Shown here piece after piece: positions 1-11,809 of a stretch of 64,000 nucleotides of DNA. The stretch comes from Callorhinchus milii (taxonomy: Eukaryota): NCBI RefSeq assembly GCF_018977255.1, contig NW_024704742.1, positions 137,764,001 through 137,828,000 of the forward strand, written 5' to 3'. How positions within the stretch are numbered: the first letter of the stretch is position 1; every line of letters starts with the position of its first letter. The position numbers and the translations under genes were made by a program. Below the pieces are notes generated by a model. It did not search any database and was not told where the DNA came from. It saw only the letters and a program-made list of their open reading frames with translations.

Positions 1-1490
1 CATCACTCCTCTCCTTAACAATACCTGCCGTGGACCCTTTCCTGTTCTCAAACTGCAGCCCTATCTCCAACCTCCCTTTCCTCTCCAAAGTCCTGGAAAG
101 AGTCGATGCTTCCTAGCTTCGTCTTTCCTTTCCGGCCACTCCCATCACGAACCCCTCCAATCAGGTTTCCATGCCACCCACAGCATGGAAACAGCCCTGG
201 TCAAAGTGACAAATGACATTCTGTTCATCGGCAACGAGCGCTGCCTCTGCCTCCTCATTCTCCTTGACCTCTCTGCTGTCTTTGGCACTGTTGACCATTC
301 TATCCTCATCTGCCGCCTCTTCTCTCACCTCAACCTTCACGGTTCTGTCCTTGAATAGTTGATATCGTACCTCTCACAATGCCTCCACTTAATCTCCAAA
401 AACATTTTGTCCTCTAGCCCCGCACCGTCTCGTGCGGAGTTCCTCAGGGCTCTGTCCTTGGTTCCCTCCTCTTCAATATCTATATGCTCCCTCTTGGTGA
501 CATCATCCGCAGACATGGGGTCAACTTCCACATGTATGTGGATGACACCCAACTCTCCCTCTCTGCCTCTACCCTTGACTCCAGGACCCACTACTCTCCT
601 GACACAATGTCTGTCAGACATCAAGTCCTGGATGAGAGCGAACTTTCTACAGTTGAACGTCAACAAGATCGAGGCTCTCCTGATTGGCTCCCGTCAGCGA
701 CTCCTCACCTCAGGCGCTGACAGCATTACCGTCCATGTTGCACACTCCCTCCACCTCACTGAGCAGTACGGAACCTTGGGGTCTTGTTTGACCCTCAACT
801 TTCTGTCTTTCTGTCCCACATCTGTGCCATGACCTGCTCTGCCCTCCCCCGCATCCACAATATCGCCCGGCACCGCCACTGTCCCATACCAAAGCCACTG
901 AAACCCTCATACAGCTTTCATTGCATCCCGGCTTGACTGCAAACTCCTTGTTTGTCGACCTCATCAAATCCTCCCTCCATAATCTACAGAACAGTCAGAA
1001 CGCTGCAGCTCATGTCCTCTCCCACACCATACCCTCTAAGCCCCATCCTGGCCCGACTCCACTGGCCTCCCATCACACAGAGGATACAGTTCAATATCCT
1101 GGTCATCACCTTTCAAAGCCCTTGAAGGCCTCGCTCCCCCCTACCCCTGTGACCTCCTAACACACTATCAACCTCCTCAATCCCTCCGCTCAGCGGGCTC
1201 CAGCCTGCATCACGTCCCCCGCCTGCACTCCCACCAATGACGGGCCGGCCTTCAGCCACTCTGCACCCACCCTCTGCAACTCCATCCTGCAGTGCCTCCA
1301 CATCACCTCTGCCTTGCCTCTTTGAAGACGCATCTCAAGACCCTCCTCTTCAACCGTGTTTTTGATCAACACCCTTCCCCCATTGCCCTTCACGCTCCCC
1401 AATCCCGACCCCCAGCTCGAGTCCAACACACCAACTTTCCAGGGCTTTGGGCCTGACATGAAAGACAATATACAAATTTACTTTGTTGTA
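1..1490 (+). mobile_element. L2 LINE, decayed RT and 3' end
   Basis: Fragments such as PFLSKVLERV, DLSA.F.TVDHSIL, PQGSVL and MYVDDTQL. Confidence 0.9.
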
Positions 1491-2361
1491 TTTTGTTTCT
1501 TTAGATATTTGTTAATAAGAAATATTTAAGATCAAATGTGTAAAACATTAGTATTTCAGACATTTGATAATCACAAGAACATAAAAGAGGTTTGTGTGAA
1601 GAAAGTGTCCGGCCTCAACCACCCTTCCTGGTAACCGCTTCCAGCCATTAATTACCCTCTTTACAAAGAAATACTTCCTGGTATCTGTTCTTATTCAGGG
1701 TCACAACACTGACCCTGTGCCCTCCTGACGTACCTGAGAGCAATGACGTAGTTCTTATCAAATCCGTGAAGACAATCAATAAGTTCTACACTGTCCCCTG
1801 TCGGGTAACTAAATATTGCTGTTCTGATGGCAGTGCAGTGTCTGGGATGGTAACCAGTCTGTCTTGTTCCGACACTGATGGACCTGGTCGTGTGTTTAAG
1901 TTTTGCTTTACTCGGAGGGTAATCAGGGATTGGAACAGGTGGCCAGGAAGGGTGGCTGAGGCCAGGACACTGGGACTCATTTAAAAAGCAGTTGATACTG
2001 TGATTGGGAGTGGGGGGGTGGGTGTTCTGTAAGGATAAGACCAGATGGACCTTCTTCATTCAGACCAATCCTGGACTTGTGAAAAACACATTATTTATCG
2101 TTGGGAAGCTTCCCGCTGCTTGTCCAGCGAGGATCACCCTGGGCTTTAGCTTGTAGGGTTAACAGGAGACAAGTGGGAAGAAACCCTGTCCCCAGTAACA
2201 AACTAAAGTCTCCTCCTTTTGATACCATGTTTCTTGTGCTAATTAACACATGAGGAACAGGGTAAGGAATGAGACAAACATCGTCTGTAACATTGCGTCA
2301 CTGATGATTCATCTGTTCATTCACCCCTTTCCGTGTCCCACAGAGACAAGAGATCTCTTAC

Positions 2362-2746
2362 CAACAACCTGCAGCCGTGACATGTCCTGTGTCACCTGGT
2401 CCTGTTGGTACGTCTTCCTTTATAAACATGACGTGTACGTGACAGAAATACCGTCCGGTGTCGTTTAACTCCAGGCCCCTGATCTTCAGGGAAGCGTCTC
2501 CATCTCCCACATTCCTGACCAGCTTGTAGCGATTTCCTTCATTCACTGTCTCTGACTCCCCGGAGTTGGTGTGGGCGGTGAGGCCAAGAGTGTAATTAAA
2601 CACCAGCTGCCCATGTGGCCTCCCTCTCCTCCAAAGCACTGTGACTGTGGCACGATTCTGGTATGTGTTGGGGATGGTGAAGGAGCAGGGCAGTGTGGCA
2701 TCACCTCCCTTGGTACCAGTCACTGACCGGAGCTTCTCTTCATGAC
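2362..2746 (-). pseudogene. Siglec-15-like gene A, V-set domain 2 exon with +1 frameshift near its 3' end
   Basis: ctcAG acceptor and GTAAGA donor. ATLPCSF...LW...ASLKI..L...DTGRYFC motif. 385 nt versus 384 nt for the gene B paralogue; the extra base lies near 2409-2413. Confidence 0.8.
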
Positions 2747-3286
2747 CTGAGACAGGAACAGGATTGGAATAGTGCAGAGCAGTCAGTGTGACAGAGTACA
2801 TGTTACACACTGTGAAATCCTGGATATGTTACCTGCTCTTCATGGCACCATCTCCCTCAGGCCTGTGCTCCTCACTCACCCTGTGTGAGCCTATGGGCAG
2901 CACAATGTCTCACACACAAAACCTGGGATTTTTTTAGGACCAATAAAATAATTACTGGCAAGTGTAGTGACTGTTTTGCAGCGAGTTTACTCAGATGATG
3001 GACCCCCAATGGTCATGAAGACTCCAGGATTCTACCCTGCACCCTGAAAGTTAATGAAAAGCCAATTCAGATTGAGGATTGTTGGTGAAGACCGAAGGAG
3101 AAAACCCCTCCTCATGTGTTGGGGCAGCCGATTGCCTGATACATACAGAAATATGTCACCATTGTAAAGAGTATCTAAACCAGAGAGTGAGTACTACATA
3201 TATATCCACTCTGAGTATCTAATTCAGAGAGTATTATGCACATGTTGGCAAGTGCAAGGCTTGGGGACACCAGAGTATGTGTTTGG

Positions 3287-3400
3287 GATTCAACCAACGA
3301 AAACAGCATAATATTAATAATAATAACAATTTGGAATTCAACCAACGAAAACAGCATAATATTAATAATAATAACAATAATAATAATAATAACAATAATA
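3287..3400. repeat. About 48-bp tandem duplication followed by (AAT/AAC)n
   Basis: attcaaccaacgaaaacagcataatattaataataataacaat occurs twice. Confidence 0.9.
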
Positions 3401-3469
3401 CCTACATTTGGAGTAATGTTGTTGAGATGTCTCAAAGTACTTCACAGAATATACAGTATTGCCATTAAT

Positions 3470-3795
3470 AAAAATAATAATAATAATTATTATTGATACA
3501 GCGCTTTTCATGTCTTTAGATGTCTCTGTTCCCTGTGATGGACGGTGTGCAGCAGAATATGCTGTAAAGTGAATTGACTGTATATTTGTGGGTGAAATGC
3601 AGCAGCCAAGTGCGCACAGCAGTGTCCCACAAACAGTCGTGGATTGATAATGACCAATTTCTTTTTCTCTTGAGGCATTATTATCAGGCGTGTGGCGTCA
3701 GGAAACTTGCCCAAGGTTTGACACTGCTGGGAATCGAACTCAGGCCTTCTCGCTTGTGAGGCGAGTGCTCTAACCACTACACTACAGGACTCCAC
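3470..3795 (-). mobile_element. Older SINE copy; related copies at about 5280-5640, 9220-9830, 18165-18530, 27190-27390, 51780-52110 and 52725-52980 (all minus)
   Basis: Shared gagtgctctaaccactgagctacaggactc head and gcagccaattgcgcacagc body. Confidence 0.8.
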
Positions 3796-4431
3796 AGCAC
3801 AGTTGGCCATTGACGGCACTGTGTGGCAAGCTTCCTGCTGCTTGTGTAGATCTGTGGTGTTATTGAGCTGAGTGGGAATGGTCGCGCCCAGTGACTGGTC
3901 TGCCAATGAGGCTGATGCCAAATCAGCAGTGCCCTGGAGTACTGCGACCGCCTGGCTCAGGAACCAGACTAGAGACCCCCACAGAGGGTTGACTCCTGCC
4001 CGACGTCCTGTGGCCTGGTATGTCACTGTGGAGCCAGTCCCTGCTTTACACCGGCTTTGTGGTGGGAGAACCTTACAGGGCAGTTTGTGACCTGCCAGCC
4101 ACCTTGATGTTCTCGAGATCCATTGCCACGTCCCAGGCTTACTGATCACCAGCTGCTGAATCCAGGTCCTCATGTGAGGGGCCTCGGCAAATAGACAACC
4201 CCACAGTGAGGCCGCCTCAGCCTCCAGGTGCTCAGTGACAGGTCAGTGTACAGCACAGCCCTCCCTCCCTGCAGCCGCTCACTCACTGTCACCTGTCAGC
4301 TCCCTGCTACACACCGTCCATCACAGGGAACACTGGCTCTCTATTGCCCGTCCTGGGACGGGACACTTCCCACTGACTCCGGCCCCAGTGAGGAACGTCA
4401 CGTCTCATTCCCACTTCCCATCGTTCCTCAC

Positions 4432-4821
4432 CTGTAACAATCAGACGTGCTCCGGGGTCAGTTTCAAACTTTCCGTCCCCACCCTGGAGCTCCACACGAC
4501 AGGACCACAGCGTATTATTATCCTCTCCCCTCAGTTGGTTTATCTTTATTGTAGCGTCGTTCCTCCTCGGGTTCCCAATCACTCGATATCGCTCTCCCTC
4601 GTTTACATCAATGACATTTTGATACTTTCCCTGTGAATCCGGCCTATAATTTGTATATTTAATATACACAGGACCAGTCCTTCCTGCCTTCCACATGATG
4701 GTGATGTTCCCTGTGTATCTGGGGTGAGGGGGAGTGAACTTGCAGTACACAGTGACCGGTGACCCTAACCTGCCGGTCACTGTATCGGGGGTCTCCATCG
4801 TCCAGCCATTCTCACTGAGCC
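4432..4821 (-). CDS. Siglec-15-like gene A, V-set domain 1 (intact, essential Arg in CRVE)
   Basis: cacAG acceptor and GTGAG donor, 390 nt, phase 1-1. WTMETP...VYCKF...W...YRVIGNPRRND...SCRVEL...RLIVT matches human Siglec-15 as I recall it (WSMQVP...LPCTF...FRLLGNPRRND...FCRVEF...RLHVT). Confidence 0.9.
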
Positions 4822-6047
4822 CTGTGAGGACACACATGGTGTAATGTGAACCAGAACACAACATAAAAGCAAACAGGTAACACTGAGCTTGTACAAGAGC
4901 TTGGTTAGGTCACAGCGGGGAGTAATGTGGATAGTATTGGGATCCCCACTGTAAGAAGGATAAAAAAGTGATGGAAAAGTTGCAGCTTAGATTCACTGCG
5001 ATGTCCCCAGGGTTTAGCGGTTTAAGTTTGTAAAGGAGATTTGAAAGGTTGGGGCTTTTTTAGCAAACTGAGAAGGTTAGGGGTGACCTGATAGCGGTCG
5101 CTAAACCTCAAAGAGTCACAAAAGATTTTCCTCTCATCAGCCAGTCAGTCACAAGAGGAATAAATCTAAAACAATCACAAAAAATTAACTAAGAGAGGGT
5201 TAGAAACCTTCACTTTACACAGAGAGGATGGGATTGTGGAATCCTCTGCCACAGACGGAGTTGAGGCAAAGTCCGTCAATAATAATAATGAGTCTTGCAT
5301 TTCATACAGGTTTGATCACATCTTCGAGATGTCTCAAAGTGCATCATAGAATACACTGTAAAGTGAATTGACAGTATATATTGTGGGCGAAACGCAGCAG
5401 CCAATTGCGCAGCTGTGTCTCACAAACAGTCGTGGATTGAACAACATATTTATAATTTTTTTTGAAGGAATTATTCCCCACGAAAATGTGAACCACCAAT
5501 CAACTAACAACCAGGTTCCTACTTACTGCTAAGTAAACAGAAGCGTGTGGTGAGAGGAAAATTGCCCAACTTATGCTAATTGAACCCAAGTCTCTTGCCT
5601 GCGAGGCGAGTGCTCTAACCACTGAGCTACAGGAATCCACAGTCAAGTCAATAAAAGGGAATTGATGTTCGAAGAGGAGGAAATTAAATGGTGTTGGGGG
5701 GAGGGAGAGTGAGCGAGACACAGGGTGGGACTCAGCGTCATGTGAACAAAATAAAACTTGTCAAAATGGAATGAACGGGCGGAGGGGCTGTTTTCATGCT
5801 ATAAAAATACCATCATACCTTTCATGTCGGGAGGACATCAAGAGAGGGGTGAGGGGAAGGGACTGTGGGATGGAGTTCCAAAGGGTGAGGCAAACACTTA
5901 CACTGTGGGGCTCAGTGAGTAACACAGTTCTGTTCAGTTTAGAGACGGGAATCTTATTTGCAGGAGATATCACATGACTGTAATTATTCCAGTAAAAGGT
6001 AAAGCAGTAATTAAAGCCAGTCAGGTTTCTGATTGGAAAGTACGTAC

Positions 6048-6099
6048 GGGAGGCAGAGGCTGACAGGACCAGGGTACAGAGCACAGCTCCCAGCATCAT
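6048..6099 (-). CDS. Siglec-15-like gene A, exon 1 (signal peptide MMLGAVLCTLVLSASAS, ends phase 1)
   Basis: ATG at 6099, 17 mostly hydrophobic codons plus 1 nt, then donor GTACGT. Same 52-nt size as the signal exons of genes B and C. Confidence 0.85.
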
Positions 6100-6230
6100 C
6101 GTCCCTCACTCAGGACACACTCCTTCCCCGCGCACGTCTGCCTCGCACTGGCACAGCTGGTCACCCTTCTCTTTCCTTCCTCCTCTAGTTCTGTGGTCAC
6201 CACCAGAGCTCCACCCCACACATCCGCTTT
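6100..6230 (-). promoter_or_regulatory. Candidate proximal promoter/5' UTR of gene A (RUNX TGTGGT, E-box CAGCTG, Ets-like GAGGAA)
   Basis: Motifs at 6192-6197 and 6154-6159. The block is retained at 17818-17940 upstream of gene B, and A/B homology ends shortly beyond it. Confidence 0.35.
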
Positions 6231-6639
6231 GTTCTGATGCTCCGTCATGTTTCTCCCCAACACTAACCCGCCCTCACCCCCTGTCACAGTAACTGGGTGA
6301 CTTTTAATGCTCTATTACATTTCACACCCTTTTTATATTCGCAGCGTTTACATGGGAACACAAGAATTTGCTGATGAAGACAAAGGTCCATCTTGTTTGC
6401 CTTCCACCATCCTGGTAGTCGCTTGACGTGTCATGTCCCAGTGTATCCCAAGATATTATTTTTCTAGCAGAACTCTAATTTGTTCTTGAAACAGACAACT
6501 CTCTTTGCTTCCACCATCTTCCTCAGGAACCTTCCATAAGTTTCCTACTCTCTCACTGAAATACCGATCAAATGTTTTAATAACCTTTCCATTTCTGTAT
6601 TTGATGCAGAATTTGTAATGTTAGAAAGTCTTGAAGGTT

Positions 6640-6990
6640 TTCAACAGATCGTGACTGTGTTCATGGACAAACACAGCAGCGAGTTTGCACACAGCGATAT
6701 CACAAAAACAGTTAACTATGTTTTTGTGAACCATTAATCTGGTTGATCGTCGCGCAGGAAGCCGGGAGGAACTCGCTTCTCTTTTCCATCAGTGTCGAAG
6801 GATCTTTAATGTCAGTTAAACAGGTTCTTGGTTTAACGTCTCGTCTGAAGGACGGCAACTCTGAGGATGTACAGCTCCCCCTGGGCTGGAGCATCAGCCT
6901 GGACTCTGAGCACAATCCCGACATGGGCACGAACCCAGGCTTTAGACCCAGAGGTGAGAGTGTGACTGACTGAGCCAAACTGACTTCCTG
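6640..6990 (-). mobile_element. Older DeuSINE-like element (SacSINE1/AmnSINE-type); similar at about 29480-29650, 39030-39380, 39700-39970, 52110-52400 and 59630-60900
   Basis: tRNA-like head plus tgccgtccttc.gatgagacgttaaacc and Deu-domain-like segments. The family name comes from recalled similarity, not a search. Confidence 0.6.
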
Positions 6991-7119
6991 CGTTATGTTA
7001 AGGTCAGAGAAGTGGAGCCGCTGTCCATGTGATTTGTTGGTTTACAGCACAGAAGCCTTCCCCCCCTCTGCTGTCTGTGCTGGTGATCGCTCTTTACTGG
7101 GGCTCTATACGGCAGCTCT

Positions 7120-7360
7120 CTGTGTGTCTATGATTGTGTCTCTGTGTGTGTGAATGAATGTGTTCATCTTTCTCTATGTGTCTGTGTGTGTGTCTCTCTC
7201 TGTGTCTGTGTTTGCGTCACTCTCTGTGTGAGTGACTGTGTGTGTCTTTCGCTCTCTTTGTGTCTGTGAGTGAATATGTCTCTCGCTATGACGTGAGTGT
7301 ATGTTAGTCTCTCTCTGTGTTGGTCTCTCACTGTGTGTGTGTGAGTGTCTCTCTGTATGT
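7120..7360. repeat. Degenerate (TG)n/(TC)n microsatellite
   Basis: Direct inspection. Confidence 0.9.
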
Positions 7361-7769
7361 CTGTACATGGTGGAGGCCTTGAGAGCTCTGCAGCTCATGT
7401 CCTCTCCTGCACCTGGCGCTGTGACCCTGTCACCCCCACCCTCGCCCGGCGTCACTGGCTCCACTTCCCGCAGAGGATAGAGTTCAAAATCCTCATCTTT
7501 GCCTTCAGGGCCCCCACGGCCTCGCTCTTTCCTACCTCTGTGACCTGCTAACCCCATATCAATTTGCGCACTCCCTCCACACAGCAGGCTTCGGCCCACA
7601 CCAGGTCTGCCCTCCTGCCCACCATCAGGAGTGGGCATTCAGCCTCTCCGTCCCCACCCTTTGGAACTCTACCCAACAGTCCCTCCACTGCGCTCCCACC
7701 CTCGCCTCTTTCCAGGTACGTCTCAAGATCCGCTGCTTCGACATTGCCTTCGGGAACTCTCCTACAGCA

Positions 7770-9110
7770 ACAGCACAACAACAAAATTACATTTGTAAGC
7801 ACCTTTCACGTCGTGAGGACGTCCCAAATTGCTGGACAGACAGAGTTACGGACCCGAACTGGGGGTTGGGGTCGGGGAGTGTGGAGGGCAGTGGGGGAAG
7901 CAGGGAGATCAAAAGAAATGTCGAAGGGGAGGGTCTTGAGTTGGGTCTTGAAGTTGGCAAGGGAGGGGGCGATGCGGAGGGACTGCGGGATGGAGTTCCA
8001 GTGGATGGGGTCAGAGTGGAAGATGTCCCGCCTGCCAATAGTAGCGCAAGTGAGGCGGGGAACATGATGCAGGGCAGAGCCCACTGAACAGAGGGAGTGA
8101 GCAGGATGGTAGGTGGTTAGAAAGTCACAGAGGTGGGGGGGAGCAAGACCATGGAGGGTTTTAAATGTGAGGACCGGGGTCTTGAACTGTATCCTCTGGG
8201 TGATGGGAAGCCAGTGGTGTTAGGCGAGGATAAGATCATGGAGATTAGTGCGGGAGAGGATACAGGCTGCAGAGTTCTGGATGATCTGCGGCTTATGGAG
8301 GGAGGAGTTGGGGAGGCCGAGAAGCAATGGGTTTGCAAAGCCAAGCCACGATGTAATGAAAGCGGCCTGCGGGGTGAGACAGTGGCGGAGCCGGGCGATG
8401 TTGCAGAGGTGGGAAGCCAGAGCGGGTCGTGATGCATATGTGGGGTAGAAAGGAAAGTTTGGCTCAAACAAGACCCCGAGGTTCCGTGCTGCTCAGTGAG
8501 GTGGAGTGTGCAACCATGGATGGTGGTGCTGTCAGCGCCTGAGGTGAGGAGGTGCTGACGGGAGCCAATCGGGAGAGCCTCGGTCTTGTTGACGTTCAAC
8601 TGAAGGAAGTTCGCTCTCATCCAGGACTTGATGTCTGACAGACATTCTGTCAGGACAGCAGTGGTCCTGGAGTTCAGGGTGGAGGCAGAGAGGTTCAGTT
8701 GGGTGTCATCTGCATACGTGTGGAAGTTGACCCCATGTCTGCGGATGATGTCACCGAGAGGGGGCATATAGATATTGAAGAGGAGGGAAACAAGGACAGA
8801 GCCCTGAGAAACACTGCACGAGACGGTGGGGATCCCAGAGGAGAAGCCGTTTGTGGAGATGAAGTGGAGGCGGTGTGAGAGGTACGATCTGAACCAGTCA
8901 AGGACAGAGCCATGAACGTTGAGGTGAGAGGAGAGGCAGTGGATGAGGATAGAATGGTCGACGGTGTCGAAGGCAGCAGAGAGGTCAAGGAGGACGAGTA
9001 GACAGAGGGAGCCCTGGTCCCAGATAGACAGAGCGTCATTTGTCAGTTTGTCACTCCGACCCTCCTTGCCCTCCGCCATCCCTGATCCCAACAACTCTCC
9101 TGCACGGATC
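7770..9110 (-). mobile_element. L2 LINE fragment (tail-to-tail with a plus-strand L2 piece at about 7360-7730)
   Basis: ORF 8117-9094 with [18 protein letters not shown] and YADDTQL. Confidence 0.92.
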
Positions 9111-9901
9111 TAAATGCCTGACTGTCCAACCTCTTGGGATATCCTCCCAATGTGAACGGCGCTATACAAATCTAAAGTTGTATTGTCATTTTCTTTGTAA
9201 TAAATCTTGCAATTGATACAATGCGTTGTCACATCTTTGAGACGTCTCATAGAGCTTCACAGAGTATACTGTAAAATGCATTGACTGGGTATTTTTAAGG
9301 AGAAATGCAGCTGCTAATTGCATACAGCAGTGTCCCACAAACAAAGTGACCAAATTACTTTAAAAACAATTTTTTTGAAGGGAGTATTACACTAAAAGCG
9401 ATCGACTGACCTGTTTAGTTCCCACTGTCTGATAGGTAAACAAAGGCACGTGGAGGAAACGTACAGCGCTATACAATCTAATGTTGTATTGTCATTTTGT
9501 ATTGTAATAATCCTTCCCTGGATATAGCGCATTATCACGTCTTTGAGACGTCTGAAATCGCTTCACAGAATATACTGTCAGGTGCATTGCCTCTATATGT
9601 TGTCGGCAAAATGCGGCAGCGAATTAAACACATCAGTGCCAGTCGTGGATTGAGTGAACAACTTTTTTTTAAGGGATTATTACCTTCCGGAAAAGCGATC
9701 GACTTAAACAGAGGTGTGTGAAGTAAGGAAACTTACCGATCTTTTCACCCTGTCCGGGAATTGAACCCAGATCCTCTCACTTGCGAGGCCAGAGCTCAAA
9801 GCTACAGGACCACTAAGCTACAGGACTCGATTATTGTCTCACAGATTCACCCGCCTGCAGACACACTAACCCACACGACTGAGTGATACCTTCACAAGTA
9901 T

Positions 9902-9907
9902 TTTATT
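9902..9907 (-). other. Probable polyadenylation signal (AATAAA) of gene B
   Basis: TTTATT on the plus strand inside a block (about 9890-9950) homologous to 20995-21060 downstream of gene C. Confidence 0.5.
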
Positions 9908-10579
9908 CAGTCATTTGGAAAACAGAACATTTACTAAGGAGCACAGGTTTAGTAGCAAAAGGAGTTCATGAGAGAGTCCCATTCAATGTCTTGGAATCAA
10001 CGATGTTCTTCAAGGTTGGAGGTTGGAGGTTCCAACAACCCATTGGAAAGGATGAGATTCCAGGAAGCCGCGAGGAGTTGATGAGATGTGTGAAGTTGAA
10101 GGCACGGGATGAGCACAACCCCTGAATACACTGACCGTTTCACAGTGGGTGAGAAGAACGGTGAGATCAGGATTCTCACTGCAGCGATTGGAACAGAGGT
10201 AAGAAGTCATCTTTTCAAACACAGCTATTTAGAACATGGAAGGCTTTGACATGAGTGGCTGCTGGAGGTCATAACCTTCAACCTAACAGCAACAACGTGC
10301 ATTTATACAGCGCCCTTCACATGGGGCAGCATCTCGGAATGCTTCACAGTGGCGTAGCCTGATGCCAAGCCGGGGGGACAGAGGAGGTGACTGTGAACGT
10401 CGTCGAAGCAGCTCAATGCTATAATGGGAGGACTGCAGGCTGGCGTTTACTGCAAGGATGAGATCTTATAGGCCAAAAGGTCTCGATCATTAGAAGCTCT
10501 GCCTCACCTGAAGCTCTTGTGATCTTGTACGAAACACTTTCATGGCCACTGGAGACAGGCACAGGTGAGAGAGCGGGAA

Positions 10580-10629
10580 CTATACAGAGCTCCTTCTTTT
10601 CTTGGCCTCAGGATGGAGACGCCTTGAAT
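10580..10629 (-). CDS. Siglec-15-like gene B, terminal coding exon (tail DSRRLHPEAKKRRSSV*)
   Basis: Polypyrimidine tract plus catAG acceptor; homologous to 22260-22410 of gene C. The phase-1 reading follows the TM exon. Confidence 0.6.
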
Positions 10630-10962
10630 CTATGAGTGAAGAAAAAGAATGAGATCATGTTTCAGCCAAACAAACACTGTTATTGGGAGTCACGGGTTCC
10701 CATGTTCTCAAAGGCTCAACAGAATCGCAAAATTACACCTCGTCTCAGCCCTTGAGATGTTTTGCCCATAAACCCAGGGTGGTACAGAAATGGGGTAAAT
10801 CCAACAACAACTTGAGAGGAACAAACAGGGACTGAGGCAGGGAGTTCCAGAGATTAGGGTCATAGTGACAGGAAGCGCAGCCACTGATGCTGGTGTTGAG
10901 GGGTCAGGGGACGTGCAGCAGGCCTGTGCAAAGAGGGTGGGCAGAGCAGTGGGGTACAAGGT

Positions 10963-11291
10963 GTGGAGTCCTGTGGCTCAGTGGTTAGAGCACTCGCTTT
11001 GCAAGTGAGAGACCTGAGTTCAATTCCAGGCAGAGGGCGAAACCTTGGGCAAGTTTCCTTACTCCACACAGAGCCTAATAATAATCCCTCCAAAAACCAA
11101 AAAACAATAATAAATTGGTCATTTTCAATCTACGACTGTTTGTGGGACATTGCTGTGCGCAATTGGCTGCCGCGTTCGCCCACATATATGCAGTCAATTC
11201 ACTTTACAGTGTATTCTGTGAAGCGCTTTGGGACGTCCTCCCGACGTGAAAAGCGCTATATCAAATGCAAGGATTATTATTATTATTATTA
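10963..11291 (+). mobile_element. Young full-length tRNA-derived SINE (Deu-domain-like body, L2-type tail, (ATT)n)
   Basis: A box TGGCTCAGTGG, B box GTTCAATTCC, TTTGCAA loop (Ala-TGC-like). Flanked by an apparent AAGGTG target-site duplication. Confidence 0.9.
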
Positions 11292-11393
11292 TAAGGTGAT
11301 GGAGAGTAACTGGGAACTTTTTAAGACTTGTGAAAAAGTTAAAGACTGAACGGTCTGACCGTCTGGAATTGTGTTTTACAGACAAGAACAAAC

Positions 11394-11768
11394 CTTGTGT
11401 TTTACAGAGGAGAACGATCCCGATCACCAACAGAAAGAGACATTTAGCTGCTGGCATCAGCCACAGCATCGCAGTGATGAAGCTGCCATCACTCTGTGGT
11501 CCAGGTGCGAGGATGTCTCGGGCGTCTCTGCCCTGTGTGTTCTCAGCTACACAGCGGTAAGTTCCCCTCAGCCTCGGGCCCCGGATCTCCCCCACGGTTA
11601 GATGCTTGTCCGGTACATGTGTGACTGGCGTGTGGCTGGTGTTAATGGGCAGCGTGTTATTATCAGGGTCAATCCATGTGATGTTAGCCAGTGGTTCCCC
11701 CTCAGCCGAGCACACAATGTCACCTCCGGCCACGAGGGACAGACTCAGGATGACGGCCGGAGCTTCAG
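11394..11768 (-). CDS. Siglec-15-like gene B, C2-set domain plus transmembrane helix with Lys
   Basis: VCSAEGEP.A.ITW...GTYRCVAEN..G resembles the Siglec-15 C2 domain (LCTAEGEPP...YTCTAANSLG). TM is FITAMLWLMPAAKCLFLLVIGIVLL. Donor GTTTGT is conserved with gene C. The acceptor is at 11768 or 6 nt downstream (both in frame). Confidence 0.88.
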
Positions 11769-11809
11769 CTATAAAGAAACACAGAGTTATTCTAACCAAA
11801 CAACTGTCC

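Larger units (their letters stand above)
1440..6300. repeat. Segmental (gene) duplication, paralogous to about 12600-18000
   Basis: Long near-identical blocks, for example 1965-2870 versus 13545-14465 and 4820-5010 versus 16913-17100. Confidence 0.92.

Noticed and set aside
2830-2890. Possible micro-exon ending CAG/GTAACA upstream of V2 in A and B
   Set aside because: Phase-1 readings from the nearby AGs hit stop codons; conservation is explained by the recent duplication.
3175-3496. Ile/Asn-rich ORFs resembling membrane peptides
   Set aside because: Translation of (AAT)n repeats and a tandem duplication.
10963-11040. tRNA-Ala-like sequences (also at 34782, 43870-43946 and 48330)
   Set aside because: A and B boxes and an anticodon arm are present, but there is no paired acceptor stem and each continues into a SINE body; these are SINE heads, not tRNA genes.
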